Source: a virus
IMG/VR virus record: IMGVR_UViG_3300045988_182490
Reading direction: 5' to 3' (one strand)
DNA length: 64,000 bases
The stretch's first letter is position 1. Each line of letters starts with the position of its first letter. The position numbers and the translations under genes were made by a program. The notes beneath the pieces were generated by a model, which saw nothing but the letters and a program-made list of their open reading frames with translations, made no database searches and was not told the origin of the DNA. Of this stretch, positions 1 through 7,621 are shown piece after piece.

Positions 1-53
1 TCTTGAAAAATGCCGAAAATATGCGGTTTGCAGGCATTTTTCTGTGCATGTTT

Positions 54-395
54 TTATTCCTGTTTCAGGGCTTTGGGCTGGTCGATATCGATACCGGACA
101 TGAGCCAGTCAAACTCTCTCCAGGTCAGATTTCTGACCTCAGAGTGTTTCCTCGGCCACTGGTATCCGCCATGCACTGTCAGCTTTTTATAGATCAGTAC
201 AAAACCATCTGCATCGCGGTACAAGGCCTTGATCCGGTCCCGGCGTCTGCCACAGAACAGAAACAGAGAACTGGATGCAGGATCCAGCTTCAGCTGTTCT
301 TCCACGACTGCACAAAGTCCGTCAATAGATTTGCGCATATCGGTGTAACCGCAGACAATGTAGATCCGTTCCAACCCTGAAATATCGCCTAACAT
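54..395 (-). CDS. IS66 family accessory protein TnpB (Orf2)
   Basis: 113 aa; YIVCGYTDMRKSIDGL ... LFLFCGRRRDRIKALY ... GFVLIYKKL motifs typical of IS66 Orf2. Confidence 0.8.
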   Translation of the reverse strand: MLGDISGLERIYIVCGYTDMRKSIDGLCAVVEEQLKLDPASSSLFLFCGRRRDRIKALYRDADGFVLIYKKLTVHGGYQWPRKHSEVRNLTWREFDWLMSGIDIDQPKALKQE

Positions 396-793
396 AAAGA
401 ACCTTTCAGAATCTGAAGCGTTCTGGAAAGCAGCTGGGGATCCGTTTCATTGGTAACGCGTATCGTTGCAGATCCTAGAATGATCTCTAATGTATGAGGA
501 TTGTCAAGGTACGGAGTATGCTGTACCGGGAAGCGTTCCGGTACTATGTCAATGGGAACCACGTCCTGTTTGGGGCGGGGATTCTCAGAATGACCATAGG
601 CAGGTGCCGGTATCTGGGCAGCTTCTTTTCGAAGCTGCTTTACCCAGTAGTAAAAGGTGCTGACAGCAATGCCGTGCTCGCGGCACCAGTCAATGTCTGT
701 CATGCCACTGGTCCGGCATTCATTGATAAGTTTCAACTGTTCTTCCTTTGGAACTCGAGATTTTCTGGTGTTTGCCATGATGTTGTCCTCCAT
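389..793 (-). CDS. IS66 family Orf1 (HTH transposase accessory protein)
   Basis: 134 aa; N-terminal HTH (STFYYWVKQLRKEA), 4-nt overlap with orf2 as in IS66 operons. Confidence 0.7.
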   Translation of the reverse strand: MEDNIMANTRKSRVPKEEQLKLINECRTSGMTDIDWCREHGIAVSTFYYWVKQLRKEAAQIPAPAYGHSENPRPKQDVVPIDIVPERFPVQHTPYLDNPHTLEIILGSATIRVTNETDPQLLSRTLQILKGSLC

Positions 794-1175
794 AATTGTA
801 GTTGTTGTAGTAAAATAGTCTAACTACGATTATGAAGTTAGAAGCGGTTGTTGGCTAGCCGCGGGATTATTTGGCGCTTACATTAAATGTGAAAGTCGAT
901 AAGCAAGGTTATCCTTGGGGTTATGAGTGTTTAAAATATGGAGATTCAGTATTTCAGGAGGAATTTAAGGATACTAAAGAATTTCCCGATTTTAGCACCA
1001 GATGAAACAGACATTAAAAGTAGAAATGTTGCAGAGAGCAAGTAAAAATTAAAAAAGATCAGATACGAGAAATTAAAGAGGAACCATAATTGGTTCCTTT
1101 TTGTATGCAGAAATATCCTTATATATTCATTATCTGTCATATTAATAAAAACAGAAAACATAGGAGGATTAAAAT

Positions 1176-1895
1176 ATGTCTACATTACTTATCTGGAGTG
1201 ACGAAATCCAGAAATTTACAGATCTGTTGAAGGAAAACAAAAAGCTCCCGTCTACATACGATCAGTTTATGGTCCTGGGAACAGAGTTACGCATCAGCGA
1301 TTATAATAAGCTCCGCCAGCTTCCTATTCCGGATGATAAGCTACGTCTTTCCACAGCCCTTTCTGAAAAGAGAGATACATTATTATTTGTTCTCGGAATG
1401 TTGAAGGCAAAAGAAGAAACCCGCGTATGTACGATTGCATCTGTTTCAAAAGAGTTATCTGATTTTGCAAAAGAACAAGATATGGAACTTTTATCCATGG
1501 CAGCTGCCGCAAAAGGATCAGATAAAAAGACTACAAAACCGAGAGTGCGAAATCTTCGAAAAAATGAATCGGTAGCAGAAGAGTCAAATAAAACATTGAA
1601 TCTTAATGATAATAATGGAACAGATTCTATCATTGAGCCAGTTAAAAATGAAAGTATTGATGAATCAGAAAAGACAGAAGAAACGGTCCCAGGGTTACTT
1701 GAAGATCTGGTAAAAGCAGCGGAAAAGAAGACTGGATATGACTATAGTAAGCGGATCGATGAAATCAGAAAAGCAGTTGCTGCAGCATCCGATGACAAGA
1801 TTGGACTTCCGTTCCAGATGCAGATGTTGTTTGGTGAAAAGGGACAAGCGTTGGCTGATGAGTTAACGGGATTTTTCCGGGAACTAAAGGGGTGA
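1176..1895 (+). CDS. hypothetical protein, member of LIWSD N-terminal paralog family
   Basis: 239 aa; RBS AGGAGG; N-terminus MSTLLIWSDEIQ shared with ORFs at 18819 and 19185. Confidence 0.5.
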   Translation: MSTLLIWSDEIQKFTDLLKENKKLPSTYDQFMVLGTELRISDYNKLRQLPIPDDKLRLSTALSEKRDTLLFVLGMLKAKEETRVCTIASVSKELSDFAKEQDMELLSMAAAAKGSDKKTTKPRVRNLRKNESVAEESNKTLNLNDNNGTDSIIEPVKNESIDESEKTEETVPGLLEDLVKAAEKKTGYDYSKRIDEIRKAVAAASDDKIGLPFQMQMLFGEKGQALADELTGFFRELKG

Positions 1896-2111
1896 TTAAA
1901 ATTGATAAATTTAATTGATATTTGTATGCTTTTTGTAGCTACTCTAGGAATATTTTCAATGATTCTTTTGATGATATCACCTTTTTTTAATGATGATGAA
2001 AAGAAAGGAAATATGAAATATATAGGAATTACAGAGTTAATAATAAGTGTTGTTGCGTATGAAGTATTATTTCTTATTTAACATAAAAGATTGTAAAAGA
2101 AAGGAAAAATA

Positions 2112-2771
2112 ATGGATCATAATTTTATTTCATGCTTGTTAATTACTTTTATTGTTCTATATCTAATAAAAGAATGTTTTACGATTCATATGGGACCAAT
2201 ATGTGCATACGATAACACTTTATATTTCGTTCTATTAATCGCCGTTCTTTTGATTGTAGCTATAGGTCGTTCTACCAACCTCATAGAATTTAATTTACCG
2301 GGTACTTTATTAGGAATTGTATGCTTTCTGATTTCGTTCATTATATCTTATTTTTCCTATAAAGCACAGGTTAAAAAATATGAAAAAGAATATCGTGATA
2401 AAAGAAAACTTGTTATTGAAAATATTGACGTTGATGCTCTCAAAGAAGTGATGAAAGAATGTAAAGAATCAGACGTTGATATTTCAAAAAAACAATGTAA
2501 TTGTGCTTGTAAATTTTCTGATAGGAATCCATCAAAAGAACAGTGTTTGGAAGACACATTGCCAACGCCAGATAAGTGTTGTCCTATTTTTGGATGTGAA
2601 AGCGCATATTGTTCCGTATTTAACACTACTGTAGATCATTACACAGATTGTGTATGGTGTGAGCAAAAAGGTTCACGAGAAAGCTGTAAATGTCTTTGTT
2701 TATTAACAAGGATAAATGAGAATAAAGAATTAAAGGATCTTGTTGACAATATTAATTCCAAATCATCGTAG
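2112..2771 (+). CDS. membrane protein with cysteine-rich C-terminal domain
   Basis: 219 aa; 3 predicted TM helices then about 20 Cys in last 100 aa. Confidence 0.45.
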   Translation: MDHNFISCLLITFIVLYLIKECFTIHMGPICAYDNTLYFVLLIAVLLIVAIGRSTNLIEFNLPGTLLGIVCFLISFIISYFSYKAQVKKYEKEYRDKRKLVIENIDVDALKEVMKECKESDVDISKKQCNCACKFSDRNPSKEQCLEDTLPTPDKCCPIFGCESAYCSVFNTTVDHYTDCVWCEQKGSRESCKCLCLLTRINENKELKDLVDNINSKSS

Positions 2772-2949
2772 AAGAAAACATAGCATAGGAGAACAGGCGA
2801 TTTTCTTTTCTATGTCACCGAGTAACAATTTCATTATAAGATATAGATAGTGTATTACTAAGATGGTTTTCATATATGAGACGGCTAATCATATGAGAAC
2901 CTTCTGCGAAGAGCATGGATTAATCTAAAACAAATTTTAATAAAACCTA

Positions 2950-2978
2950 TTGACAAATATAAGCAGAAGTGATATTCT
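2950..2978 (+). promoter_or_regulatory. sigma70-type promoter (TTGACA-17-TGaTATTCT, extended -10)
   Basis: consensus -35 TTGACA, 17-bp spacer, TG-extended -10 upstream of ORF 3136 and the tRNA array. Confidence 0.5.
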
Positions 2979-3135
2979 AATTACAGATGAACGGAGTGCC
3001 TGCCGTAAGTCTTAGATTGTTCTAAGATTTATTGTAAGCGCTCCGTATTTTGTTTTTCAAAAAAATCTGACATAATAATTATGAAGGATAGAAACTACTT
3101 CATACAATGAATTTTTAGAAAGGATAGAAAAGACC

Positions 3136-3381
3136 ATGACTACGATGATCATGAAACATGAACCTCAGTTTTTACAGACATCAGCACTGGAAACAGGGCT
3201 TGGTTCACTGTGCTCTAATTATCATTACGGATGGGATCGAATTGTCGATAATACACCGAAATATAGTCTTTTTGCGAGAAGTTTAGTAAACTTTACACAA
3301 TTGCATAAAACATTCAGTGGTTCTTTTCATAGCCTTTTTAAGCGGGCAGTAGGTATCGGAACAGGCACCCGAGAACTATAA
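3136..3381 (+). CDS. hypothetical protein
   Basis: 81 aa ORF with weak RBS; no motif. Confidence 0.3.
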   Translation: MTTMIMKHEPQFLQTSALETGLGSLCSNYHYGWDRIVDNTPKYSLFARSLVNFTQLHKTFSGSFHSLFKRAVGIGTGTREL

Positions 3382-3551
3382 TAAGAACCGCGCATAGATT
3401 GGAAATATGAAATCATGACCACTGGATTAGGAAATTATCTTAATTTAGTGGTCTTTTTTATGAATGAAAGAAAAATTTTTGTGCAGAAATTTCTATAAAA
3501 CTTATAATCTGTCATAATAAATATATAAGTATTTAACACAATCTTTGATAT

Positions 3552-3624
3552 GGGGCTGTAGCTCAGTTGGGAGAGCGCTTGTCTTGCGAACAAGATGTCG
3601 TGGGTTCAAATCCCACCAGCTCCA
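3552..3624 (+). tRNA. tRNA-Ala (UGC)
   Basis: GGGGCTGTAGCTCAG start, anticodon loop CTTGCGA, GGTTCAAATCC T-arm, 7-bp acceptor. Confidence 0.8.
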
Positions 3625-3630
3625 CTATAT

Positions 3631-3705
3631 GGCCGATTCGACTAGATGGTTTAGGTCACGAGGCTTTCAACCTCGTAGCAGCGGGTTCAAGTCCCCTATC
3701 GGTCA
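3631..3705 (+). tRNA. tRNA-Glu (UUC)
   Basis: anticodon stem CGAGG/CCTCG, loop CTTTCAA; acceptor GGCCGAT/ATCGGTC. Confidence 0.7.
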
Positions 3706-3776
3706 CTGCAGAATAATCTGCGATACAATTTAAAACAATGGGACTTATGGAACCAGGCACTCCGGGAGTCCCAGAT

Positions 3777-3849
3777 GCAGGTGTAGTATAACTGGTCAGT
3801 ACGGTGGCTTGCCAAGTCATAGACGCGGGTTCAAATCCCGTCGCTTGCT
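3777..3849 (+). tRNA. tRNA-Gly (GCC)
   Basis: loop TTGCCAA, GGTTCAAATCC T-arm, acceptor GCAGGTG/CGCTTGC; flanked by 13-bp direct repeat GAACCAGGCACTC. Confidence 0.7.
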
Positions 3850-3951
3850 TTAATTCTGAACCAGGCACTCAGAATTTAAAAAATCTATTACAGGAGAAAA
3901 TAATATGAACAAACGATTTAGCAAGGATAAAACCGAAAGTAATTTTATCCA

Positions 3952-4023
3952 GCCTCGTAAGCTAACTTGGTAGAAGCGCCAGTCTGAAAAACTGGAGGAT
4001 CGGATCGTAACCGAAACGAGGCA
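3952..4023 (+). tRNA. tRNA-Phe (GAA)-like, atypical T-arm (possible pseudo-tRNA)
   Basis: acceptor GCCTCGT/ACGAGGC, D-arm AGCTAACTTGGTAGAAGC, loop CTGAAAA; T-loop ATCGTAA non-canonical. Confidence 0.35.
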
Positions 4024-4027
4024 TTAT

Positions 4028-4102
4028 GGCTGCATCGCCTAGCTGGTTATGGCACCTCCCTGTCACGGAGGAATAACACGGGTTCAAGTCCCGTTGCAGT
4101 CG
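4028..4102 (+). tRNA. tRNA-Asp (GUC)
   Basis: loop CTGTCAC, GGGTTCAAGTCCC T-arm, acceptor GGCTGCA/TGCAGTC. Confidence 0.75.
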
Positions 4103-4109
4103 CTATTGT

Positions 4110-4185
4110 GCATGTGTGGTCCAGTGGTTTTGGACACCTGCCTTCCAAGCAGGACATCACGCGGGTTCGAATCCCGTCACATGCT
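4110..4185 (+). tRNA. tRNA-Gly (UCC)
   Basis: loop CTTCCAA, GCGGGTTCGAATCCCGT T-arm, acceptor GCATGTG/CACATGC. Confidence 0.75.
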
Positions 4186-4254
4186 CTATATCAAAAGTAA
4201 AGGAGATGAAAAAATATGCCAGACTATTATTATATGGGAACTGAATATTATTAA

Positions 4255-4342
4255 CGGCAGGTATGCAAAGGGCTGAAGCAAAGTGTCTGTAAAACACTGA
4301 CCCACGCGGTAAACATTGTGAGTCCGAATCTCACCCTGCCGA
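4255..4342 (+). tRNA. tRNA-Tyr (GUA), long variable arm
   Basis: loop CTGTAAA, variable arm about 14 nt, T-loop TCCGAAT. Confidence 0.6.
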
Positions 4343-4347
4343 CTTCT

Positions 4348-4430
4348 GGGCAGGTATCCCGTAATTGGCAGCGGTGCAGTCTGTAAAACTGTTGGCTTCG
4401 GCTTCTGGCGGTTCAAGTCCGTCTCTGCCC
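4348..4430 (+). tRNA. tRNA-Tyr (GUA)-like second copy, long variable arm
   Basis: acceptor GGGCAGG/TCTGCCC, loop CTGTAAA, GGTTCAAGTCC. Confidence 0.55.
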
Positions 4431-4442
4431 ATTAAAAAATAT

Positions 4443-4521
4443 GTCCTGATACGCAAATTGGCAAAGCGGCCACGCTAAGGACGTGGTGAATTGTTTGTGG
4501 GTTCGACTCCCACTCAGGATA
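4443..4521 (+). tRNA. tRNA, isotype unresolved (anticodon loop CTAAGGA)
   Basis: GGGTTCGACTCCCAC T-arm, acceptor GTCCTGA/TCAGGAT; anticodon ambiguous. Confidence 0.4.
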
Positions 4522-4528
4522 TTAAGAT

Positions 4529-4602
4529 GTCCATGTGGTGCAACTGGCAGACACGCTGGTTTCAGAGACCAGATGTTGGAAGTTCGAATCTTCTCATGGG
4601 CA
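4529..4602 (+). tRNA. tRNA with Leu anticodon (CAG) but short variable arm
   Basis: Leu-like D-arm GTGCAACTGGCAGAC, stem CTGGT/ACCAG, loop TTCAGAG, 5-nt variable region. Confidence 0.5.
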
Positions 4603-4608
4603 CTTTAT

Positions 4609-4681
4609 CGGGATGTGGCGCAATTGGTAGCGCGCGTGATTTGGGATCATGAGGCTGCAGGTTCGAGACCTGTCATTCCGA
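4609..4681 (+). tRNA. tRNA-Pro (UGG)
   Basis: loop TTTGGGA, GCAGGTTCGAGACCTGT T-arm. Confidence 0.7.
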
Positions 4682-4687
4682 CTGTAT

Positions 4688-4761
4688 GCATCAGTGCCGC
4701 AACTGGCAGACGGGACCGGCTCAAACCCGGTTTTCTATGGGTTCGAATCCCTTCTGGTGCA
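4688..4761 (+). tRNA. tRNA with Leu anticodon (CAA) but short variable arm
   Basis: paralog of 4529 tRNA; stem ACCGG/CCGGT perfect, loop CTCAAAC. Confidence 0.5.
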
Positions 4762-4776
4762 TTTGTTTTAAAATTT

Positions 4777-4848
4777 TGGTTTGTAGCTCAATGGTAGAGC
4801 AACCGGCTGTTAACCGGTAGGTTGTGGGTTCAAGTCCCACCATTCCAG
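4777..4848 (+). tRNA. tRNA-Asn (GUU)
   Basis: TAGCTCAATGGTAGAGC D-arm, loop CTGTTAA, GTGGGTTCAAGTCCCAC; acceptor has 2 mismatches. Confidence 0.55.
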
Positions 4849-4852
4849 CTAT

Positions 4853-4936
4853 GGAGGCTGTGGCCGAGTTGGTTAGGCAGCAGATTGTGGCTCTGCGGAA
4901 GTAATTCCTACGTGGGTTCGAGCCCCACTGGTCTCC
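4853..4936 (+). tRNA. type-II tRNA (Ser-like D-arm TGGCCGAGTTGGTTAGGC), anticodon reads GUG; identity uncertain
   Basis: long variable arm with GGAA/TTCC hairpin, GTGGGTTCGAGCCCCAC T-arm. Confidence 0.45.
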
Positions 4937-4950
4937 CTGAAATCAAATAT

Positions 4951-5022
4951 GCCGCTGTAGCACAATGGCAATGCACCTGCTTTGTAATCAGGGGATTAAG
5001 GGTTCGAGTCCCTTCTGCGGCT
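4951..5022 (+). tRNA. tRNA-Thr (UGU)
   Basis: loop TTTGTAA, AAGGGTTCGAGTCCCTT. Confidence 0.6.
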
Positions 5023-5024
5023 TA

Positions 5025-5095
5025 TAGGCGGTTAGGCTAGAGGTAAACCGTGCGGTTCTGAACCGTTAGACACCCGTTCGATTCGGTTACTGTCT
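5025..5095 (+). tRNA. tRNA-like, possibly Gln (CUG); acceptor stem not resolved
   Basis: loop TTCTGAA between CGG/CCG, T-loop TTCGATT; could not pair a clean acceptor. Confidence 0.3.
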
Positions 5096-5100
5096 GCTAT

Positions 5101-5172
5101 GTCCCCATAGCTTAATGGATAGAGTTTTCGGCTACGAACCGAAAGATTGGCGTTCGAGTCGCCATGAGGACA
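5101..5172 (+). tRNA. tRNA-Arg (ACG)
   Basis: stem TTCGG/CCGAA, loop CTACGAA, TGGCGTTCGAGTCGCCA. Confidence 0.7.
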
Positions 5173-5178
5173 TTAAAC

Positions 5179-5252
5179 GCCTGTGTAGCTCCAATTGGCA
5201 GAGCGTCTATCTCGTAAGTAGAGGGTTGCAAGTTCAAATCTTGTCACAGGCT
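5179..5252 (+). tRNA. tRNA-Thr (CGU)
   Basis: perfect acceptor GCCTGTG/CACAGGC, loop CTCGTAA, GCAAGTTCAAATCTTGT. Confidence 0.7.
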
Positions 5253-5265
5253 TTATAAAAATATT

Positions 5266-5335
5266 GTGGTGTATTTCAATGGTAGAAAGACCGTCTGATG
5301 AGCGGTTAATATCAGTTCAATTCTGTTCACCACAA
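5266..5335 (+). tRNA. tRNA-Ile (GAU)
   Basis: acceptor TGTGGTG/CACCACA, loop CTGATGA, T-loop TTCAATT. Confidence 0.55.
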
Positions 5336-5339
5336 CTAT

Positions 5340-5412
5340 GCTGATATAGCTCAACTGGGAGAGCACATGCCTTACAAGCATGGGGTTACAGGTTCGAGTC
5401 CTGTTATCAGCA
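5340..5412 (+). tRNA. tRNA-Val (UAC)
   Basis: TAGCTCAACTGGGAGAGC D-arm, loop CTTACAA, ACAGGTTCGAGTCCTGT. Confidence 0.8.
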
Positions 5413-5415
5413 TTT

Positions 5416-5490
5416 GCGGGTGAGTGGAACGGATTTACCATGCAGGGTTCATAACCCTTGCGATACCAGGCTTCGACTCCTGGACCCGCT
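5416..5490 (+). tRNA. tRNA-Met (CAU)
   Basis: loop TTCATAA, T-loop TTCGACT. Confidence 0.55.
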
Positions 5491-5492
5491 AC

Positions 5493-5564
5493 TCCAGGGT
5501 AGTATAGCGGCGAGTACGGCCGGTTCATGCCCGGTAGACCCGAGTTCGATTCTCGGCCTTGGAA
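5493..5564 (+). tRNA. tRNA-Met/Ile2 (CAU), second CAU tRNA
   Basis: stem GCCGG/CCGGT, loop TTCATGC, CCGAGTTCGATTCTCGG. Confidence 0.6.
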
Positions 5565-5645
5565 TCAAAAAATATTGATAAATGAGGAGAAAACAATCAT
5601 GAAACGAAAACAGTTATATAAGCGATTATCAAAGTTATAATGTAT

Positions 5646-5729
5646 GCATCCGTCGCCTAATTGGTATGGCACCAGACTTTTAATCTGGCGGAATTACTTT
5701 CCATGCGAGTTCGAGTCTCGTCGGGTGCA
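5646..5729 (+). tRNA. type-II (long-arm) tRNA whose anticodon reads UUU; identity uncertain (Leu-like body)
   Basis: stem CCAGA/TCTGG, loop CTTTTAA, 17-nt variable arm with GGAA/TTCC hairpin, GCGAGTTCGAGTCTCGT. Confidence 0.45.
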
Positions 5730-5751
5730 CTGACACTGTATGTGTATCCGC

Positions 5752-5824
5752 GGGTATGTAACTCAAGTGGCAGAGTAGCGGCCTCTTAAGCCGAAGGTTG
5801 CAGGATCATGGCCTGTCATGCCCA
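5752..5824 (+). tRNA. tRNA-Lys (CUU)-like with degenerate T-loop
   Basis: acceptor GGGTATG/CATGCCC, TAACTCAAGTGGCAGAGTA D-arm, loop CTCTTAA; T-loop ATCATGG. Confidence 0.45.
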
Positions 5825-5828
5825 TTAT

Positions 5829-5902
5829 GCGCCAGTAGCCCAATCGGCAGAGGCACAGGGTTTAAGCCCCTGTCAGTATCGGTTCGAATCCGATTTGGCG
5901 TA
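5829..5902 (+). tRNA. tRNA with anticodon UAA (Leu-type) and short variable arm
   Basis: perfect anticodon stem CAGGG/CCCTG, loop TTTAAGC, ATCGGTTCGAATCCGAT. Confidence 0.5.
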
Positions 5903-6221
5903 CTTTTTCAATATATTCAACAACAATTTATGAAAATTGTAAGAAAGGATAACCAATATGCGTAACACAAACATATGTAAAAGACAATCCAATAGTTCAT
6001 GGTCAGAGAGTAGACATAATAAGAAGATGTACTGCTTTATTTGTTGATGCAATTTTTTTGCATAACAATATTTGGCATTAGTTATTTTAGTAACAGCATC
6101 TTCTGATAAAAACATTATCGAAGGATGCTGTTTTTTGTATATAAAATTTCTGCATGAAAATTTATTAAAATCATTCATATTAATAATAAAAATAAAAAGT
6201 GCATTTTTTATAATTTTATAT

Positions 6222-6295
6222 GGGCATATAGTTTAATGGTTTAGAATACGAGATTCCAAATCTCGAAGATGTGGGTTCGAATCCTACTGTGCCTG
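6222..6295 (+). tRNA. tRNA-Trp (CCA)
   Basis: stem CGAGA/TCTCG, loop TTCCAAA, GTGGGTTCGAATCCTAC. Confidence 0.7.
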
Positions 6296-6325
6296 TTATA
6301 AGTCAATATTTAATAGACAGAAGGG

Positions 6326-6844
6326 ATGGTCGTAATGACAAATAATAATTGGATATCTCCAACATACGGACATTTAATTTTGGAAGAAATCCCTCAATAT
6401 ATCCGTGAATATTACAATAAAATGAAACAATATGATACAAATATACGAATTACGATTGGTACAGACTCTCAAAATTTCAACTATACAAAAGAAGTAAATG
6501 TCATTGCTGTTATCTGCGAGGGACATGGAGGCATATTCTTCTATAAAATCAATAATAGAGACCGTATTCTGGATGTAAGGACAAAATTGCAGATGGAAAC
6601 CGGAGACTCTTTGGAAATAGCAGATAAGCTGATTCATTTGTTAGAAGCAGAAGAGTACGAAGAAGTCTTTCTAAATACTACTTTTTCTATCCATATTGAC
6701 GCAGGATATTCTGAAAAAGGGAAAACCAAAGATTTGATACCTGAACTTGTCGGATGGGTAAAAGGAAGTATTTCAAATTGCGAAGTATATGTAAAACCAG
6801 ACAGCTACGTAGCATCTGGAATCGCTGATAAAATATCAAAATAA
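6326..6844 (+). CDS. YkuK/DUF458 family RNase H-like protein
   Basis: 172 aa; ITIGTDSQ motif and overall pattern of DUF458; embedded inside tRNA array. Confidence 0.5.
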   Translation: MVVMTNNNWISPTYGHLILEEIPQYIREYYNKMKQYDTNIRITIGTDSQNFNYTKEVNVIAVICEGHGGIFFYKINNRDRILDVRTKLQMETGDSLEIADKLIHLLEAEEYEEVFLNTTFSIHIDAGYSEKGKTKDLIPELVGWVKGSISNCEVYVKPDSYVASGIADKISK

Positions 6845-6867
6845 CAGGGGGTTCAAAAGCCCCAAAT

Positions 6868-6958
6868 GGAGCGGTGCCTCAATTGGTACAGGACCCGGTT
6901 GGAAGCCGGGCATGTCGTGTCAATCCACGCTTTGAGGGTTCAAGTCCCTCCCGTTCCG
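6868..6958 (+). tRNA. tRNA-Ser (GGA)
   Basis: stem CCCGG/CCGGG, loop TTGGAAG, long variable arm, GAGGGTTCAAGTCCCTC. Confidence 0.65.
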
Positions 6959-6963
6959 CTTTT

Positions 6964-7055
6964 GCTGTGATGGCTCAACTGGTACAGCACTGGTCTTGAA
7001 AACCGGCATGTCGGGTGAGATTCCCGCTTTCAGGGTTCGAATCCCTGTCACAGCG
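6964..7055 (+). tRNA. tRNA-Ser (UGA)
   Basis: perfect acceptor GCTGTGA/TCACAGC, loop CTTGAAA, long variable arm, CAGGGTTCGAATCCCTG. Confidence 0.75.
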
Positions 7056-7059
7056 CTAT

Positions 7060-7133
7060 GCCTCCGTAGTCTAATGGTTAGTGACGTCAGCTTCTCACGC
7101 TGAAGATGCGGGGTTCAAGTCCCCTCGGAGGTT
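7060..7133 (+). tRNA. tRNA-Glu (CUC)
   Basis: stem TCAGC/GCTGA, loop TTCTCAC, GGGGTTCAAGTCCCC. Confidence 0.6.
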
Positions 7134-7138
7134 CTTAT

Positions 7139-7212
7139 ACGGGCGTAGTCTAATTGGACAAAACAACGGTCTTCTAAATCGTACCTTGCGGGTTCGAGTC
7201 CCGTCGTCCGTA
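7139..7212 (+). tRNA. tRNA-Arg (UCU)
   Basis: loop CTTCTAA, GCGGGTTCGAGTCCCGT, acceptor ACGGGCG/CGTCCGT. Confidence 0.7.
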
Positions 7213-7219
7213 GTATTAT

Positions 7220-7295
7220 GGCATCGTGGTCGAGTGGTCTAAGGCGCCTGTCTGCAAAACAGGTTTTACCGTGGGTTCGAATCCCACCGATGTCT
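7220..7295 (+). tRNA. tRNA-Cys (GCA)
   Basis: stem CCTGT/ACAGG, loop CTGCAAA, GTGGGTTCGAATCCCAC. Confidence 0.65.
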
Positions 7296-7443
7296 TTGCA
7301 TTTAAGCTGTGCGAAGCAGATTAGTCACCTGTTTCTATTCAGTGTATATGCAAAAAGCCCGTGCTAAACGGTATTTCAGTCGAAATTGACTAACGGCTGC
7401 GGTATTCGTGATAAACCTGCCAATCTGCGGGGCACGGGAGTCT

Positions 7444-7534
7444 GCCAGTGTGGCTCAATTGGTACAGCACCTGCTTCGAACACAGGCAAGCCGGCATTTA
7501 TGTCGACGTACAGGTTCAAGTCCTGTCACTGGCG
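7444..7534 (+). tRNA. tRNA-Ser (CGA)
   Basis: perfect acceptor GCCAGTG/CACTGGC, loop TTCGAAC, long variable arm, ACAGGTTCAAGTCCTGT. Confidence 0.65.
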
Positions 7535-7540
7535 TTTTTA

Positions 7541-7609
7541 GTCCATTAGCATAGCGGTTAATGCACTGGGCCTTGACCCGGGGACTGCGGTTCGAATCCG
7601 CAATGGGCC
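7541..7609 (+). tRNA. tRNA, possibly Gln (UUG); short
   Basis: TGCGGTTCGAATCCGCA T-arm, acceptor GTCCATT/AATGGGC, anticodon region CCTTGAC. Confidence 0.4.
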
Positions 7610-7621
7610 GTTTATATTTTT

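Larger units (their letters stand above)
1..878 (-). mobile_element. IS66-family insertion sequence, partial (window-truncated; tnpC would lie left of position 1)
   Basis: minus-strand IS66 orf1/orf2 homologs at 389-793 and 54-395; terminal inverted repeat reading TGTAAGCGCCAAATAA on the minus strand ending near 878. Confidence 0.6.

Noticed and set aside
3-380. 125-aa plus-strand ORF at the left edge
   Set aside because: Lies antisense to the well-supported IS66 orf2 (54-395, minus); no RBS. Treated as a spurious overlapping frame.
2990-3063. Long imperfect hairpin ACGGAGTGCCTGCCGTAAGTCTTAGATTGTTCTAAGATTTATTGTAAGCGCTCCGT upstream of ORF 3136
   Set aside because: Could be a terminator or attenuator for the upstream gene. 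No further evidence for a riboswitch or other element, so not reported as a feature.
3545-5528. Several 60-100-aa ORFs in the track overlapping the tRNA array (e.g. 3545-3733, 3656-3868, 4049-4276, 4483-4797, 4822-5040, 5253-5528, 7455-7730)
   Set aside because: They run through back-to-back tRNA genes on either strand and lack RBSs. These are artefacts of GC-richer structured RNA sequence.
4529-5902. Possibility that odd tRNAs (CAG, CAA, UAA anticodons, short arm) indicate stop-codon reassignment or suppressor tRNAs
   Set aside because: Anticodons read sense (Leu) codons, not stop codons. ORFs terminate with TAA, TAG and TGA in normal proportions and long ORFs are uninterrupted.
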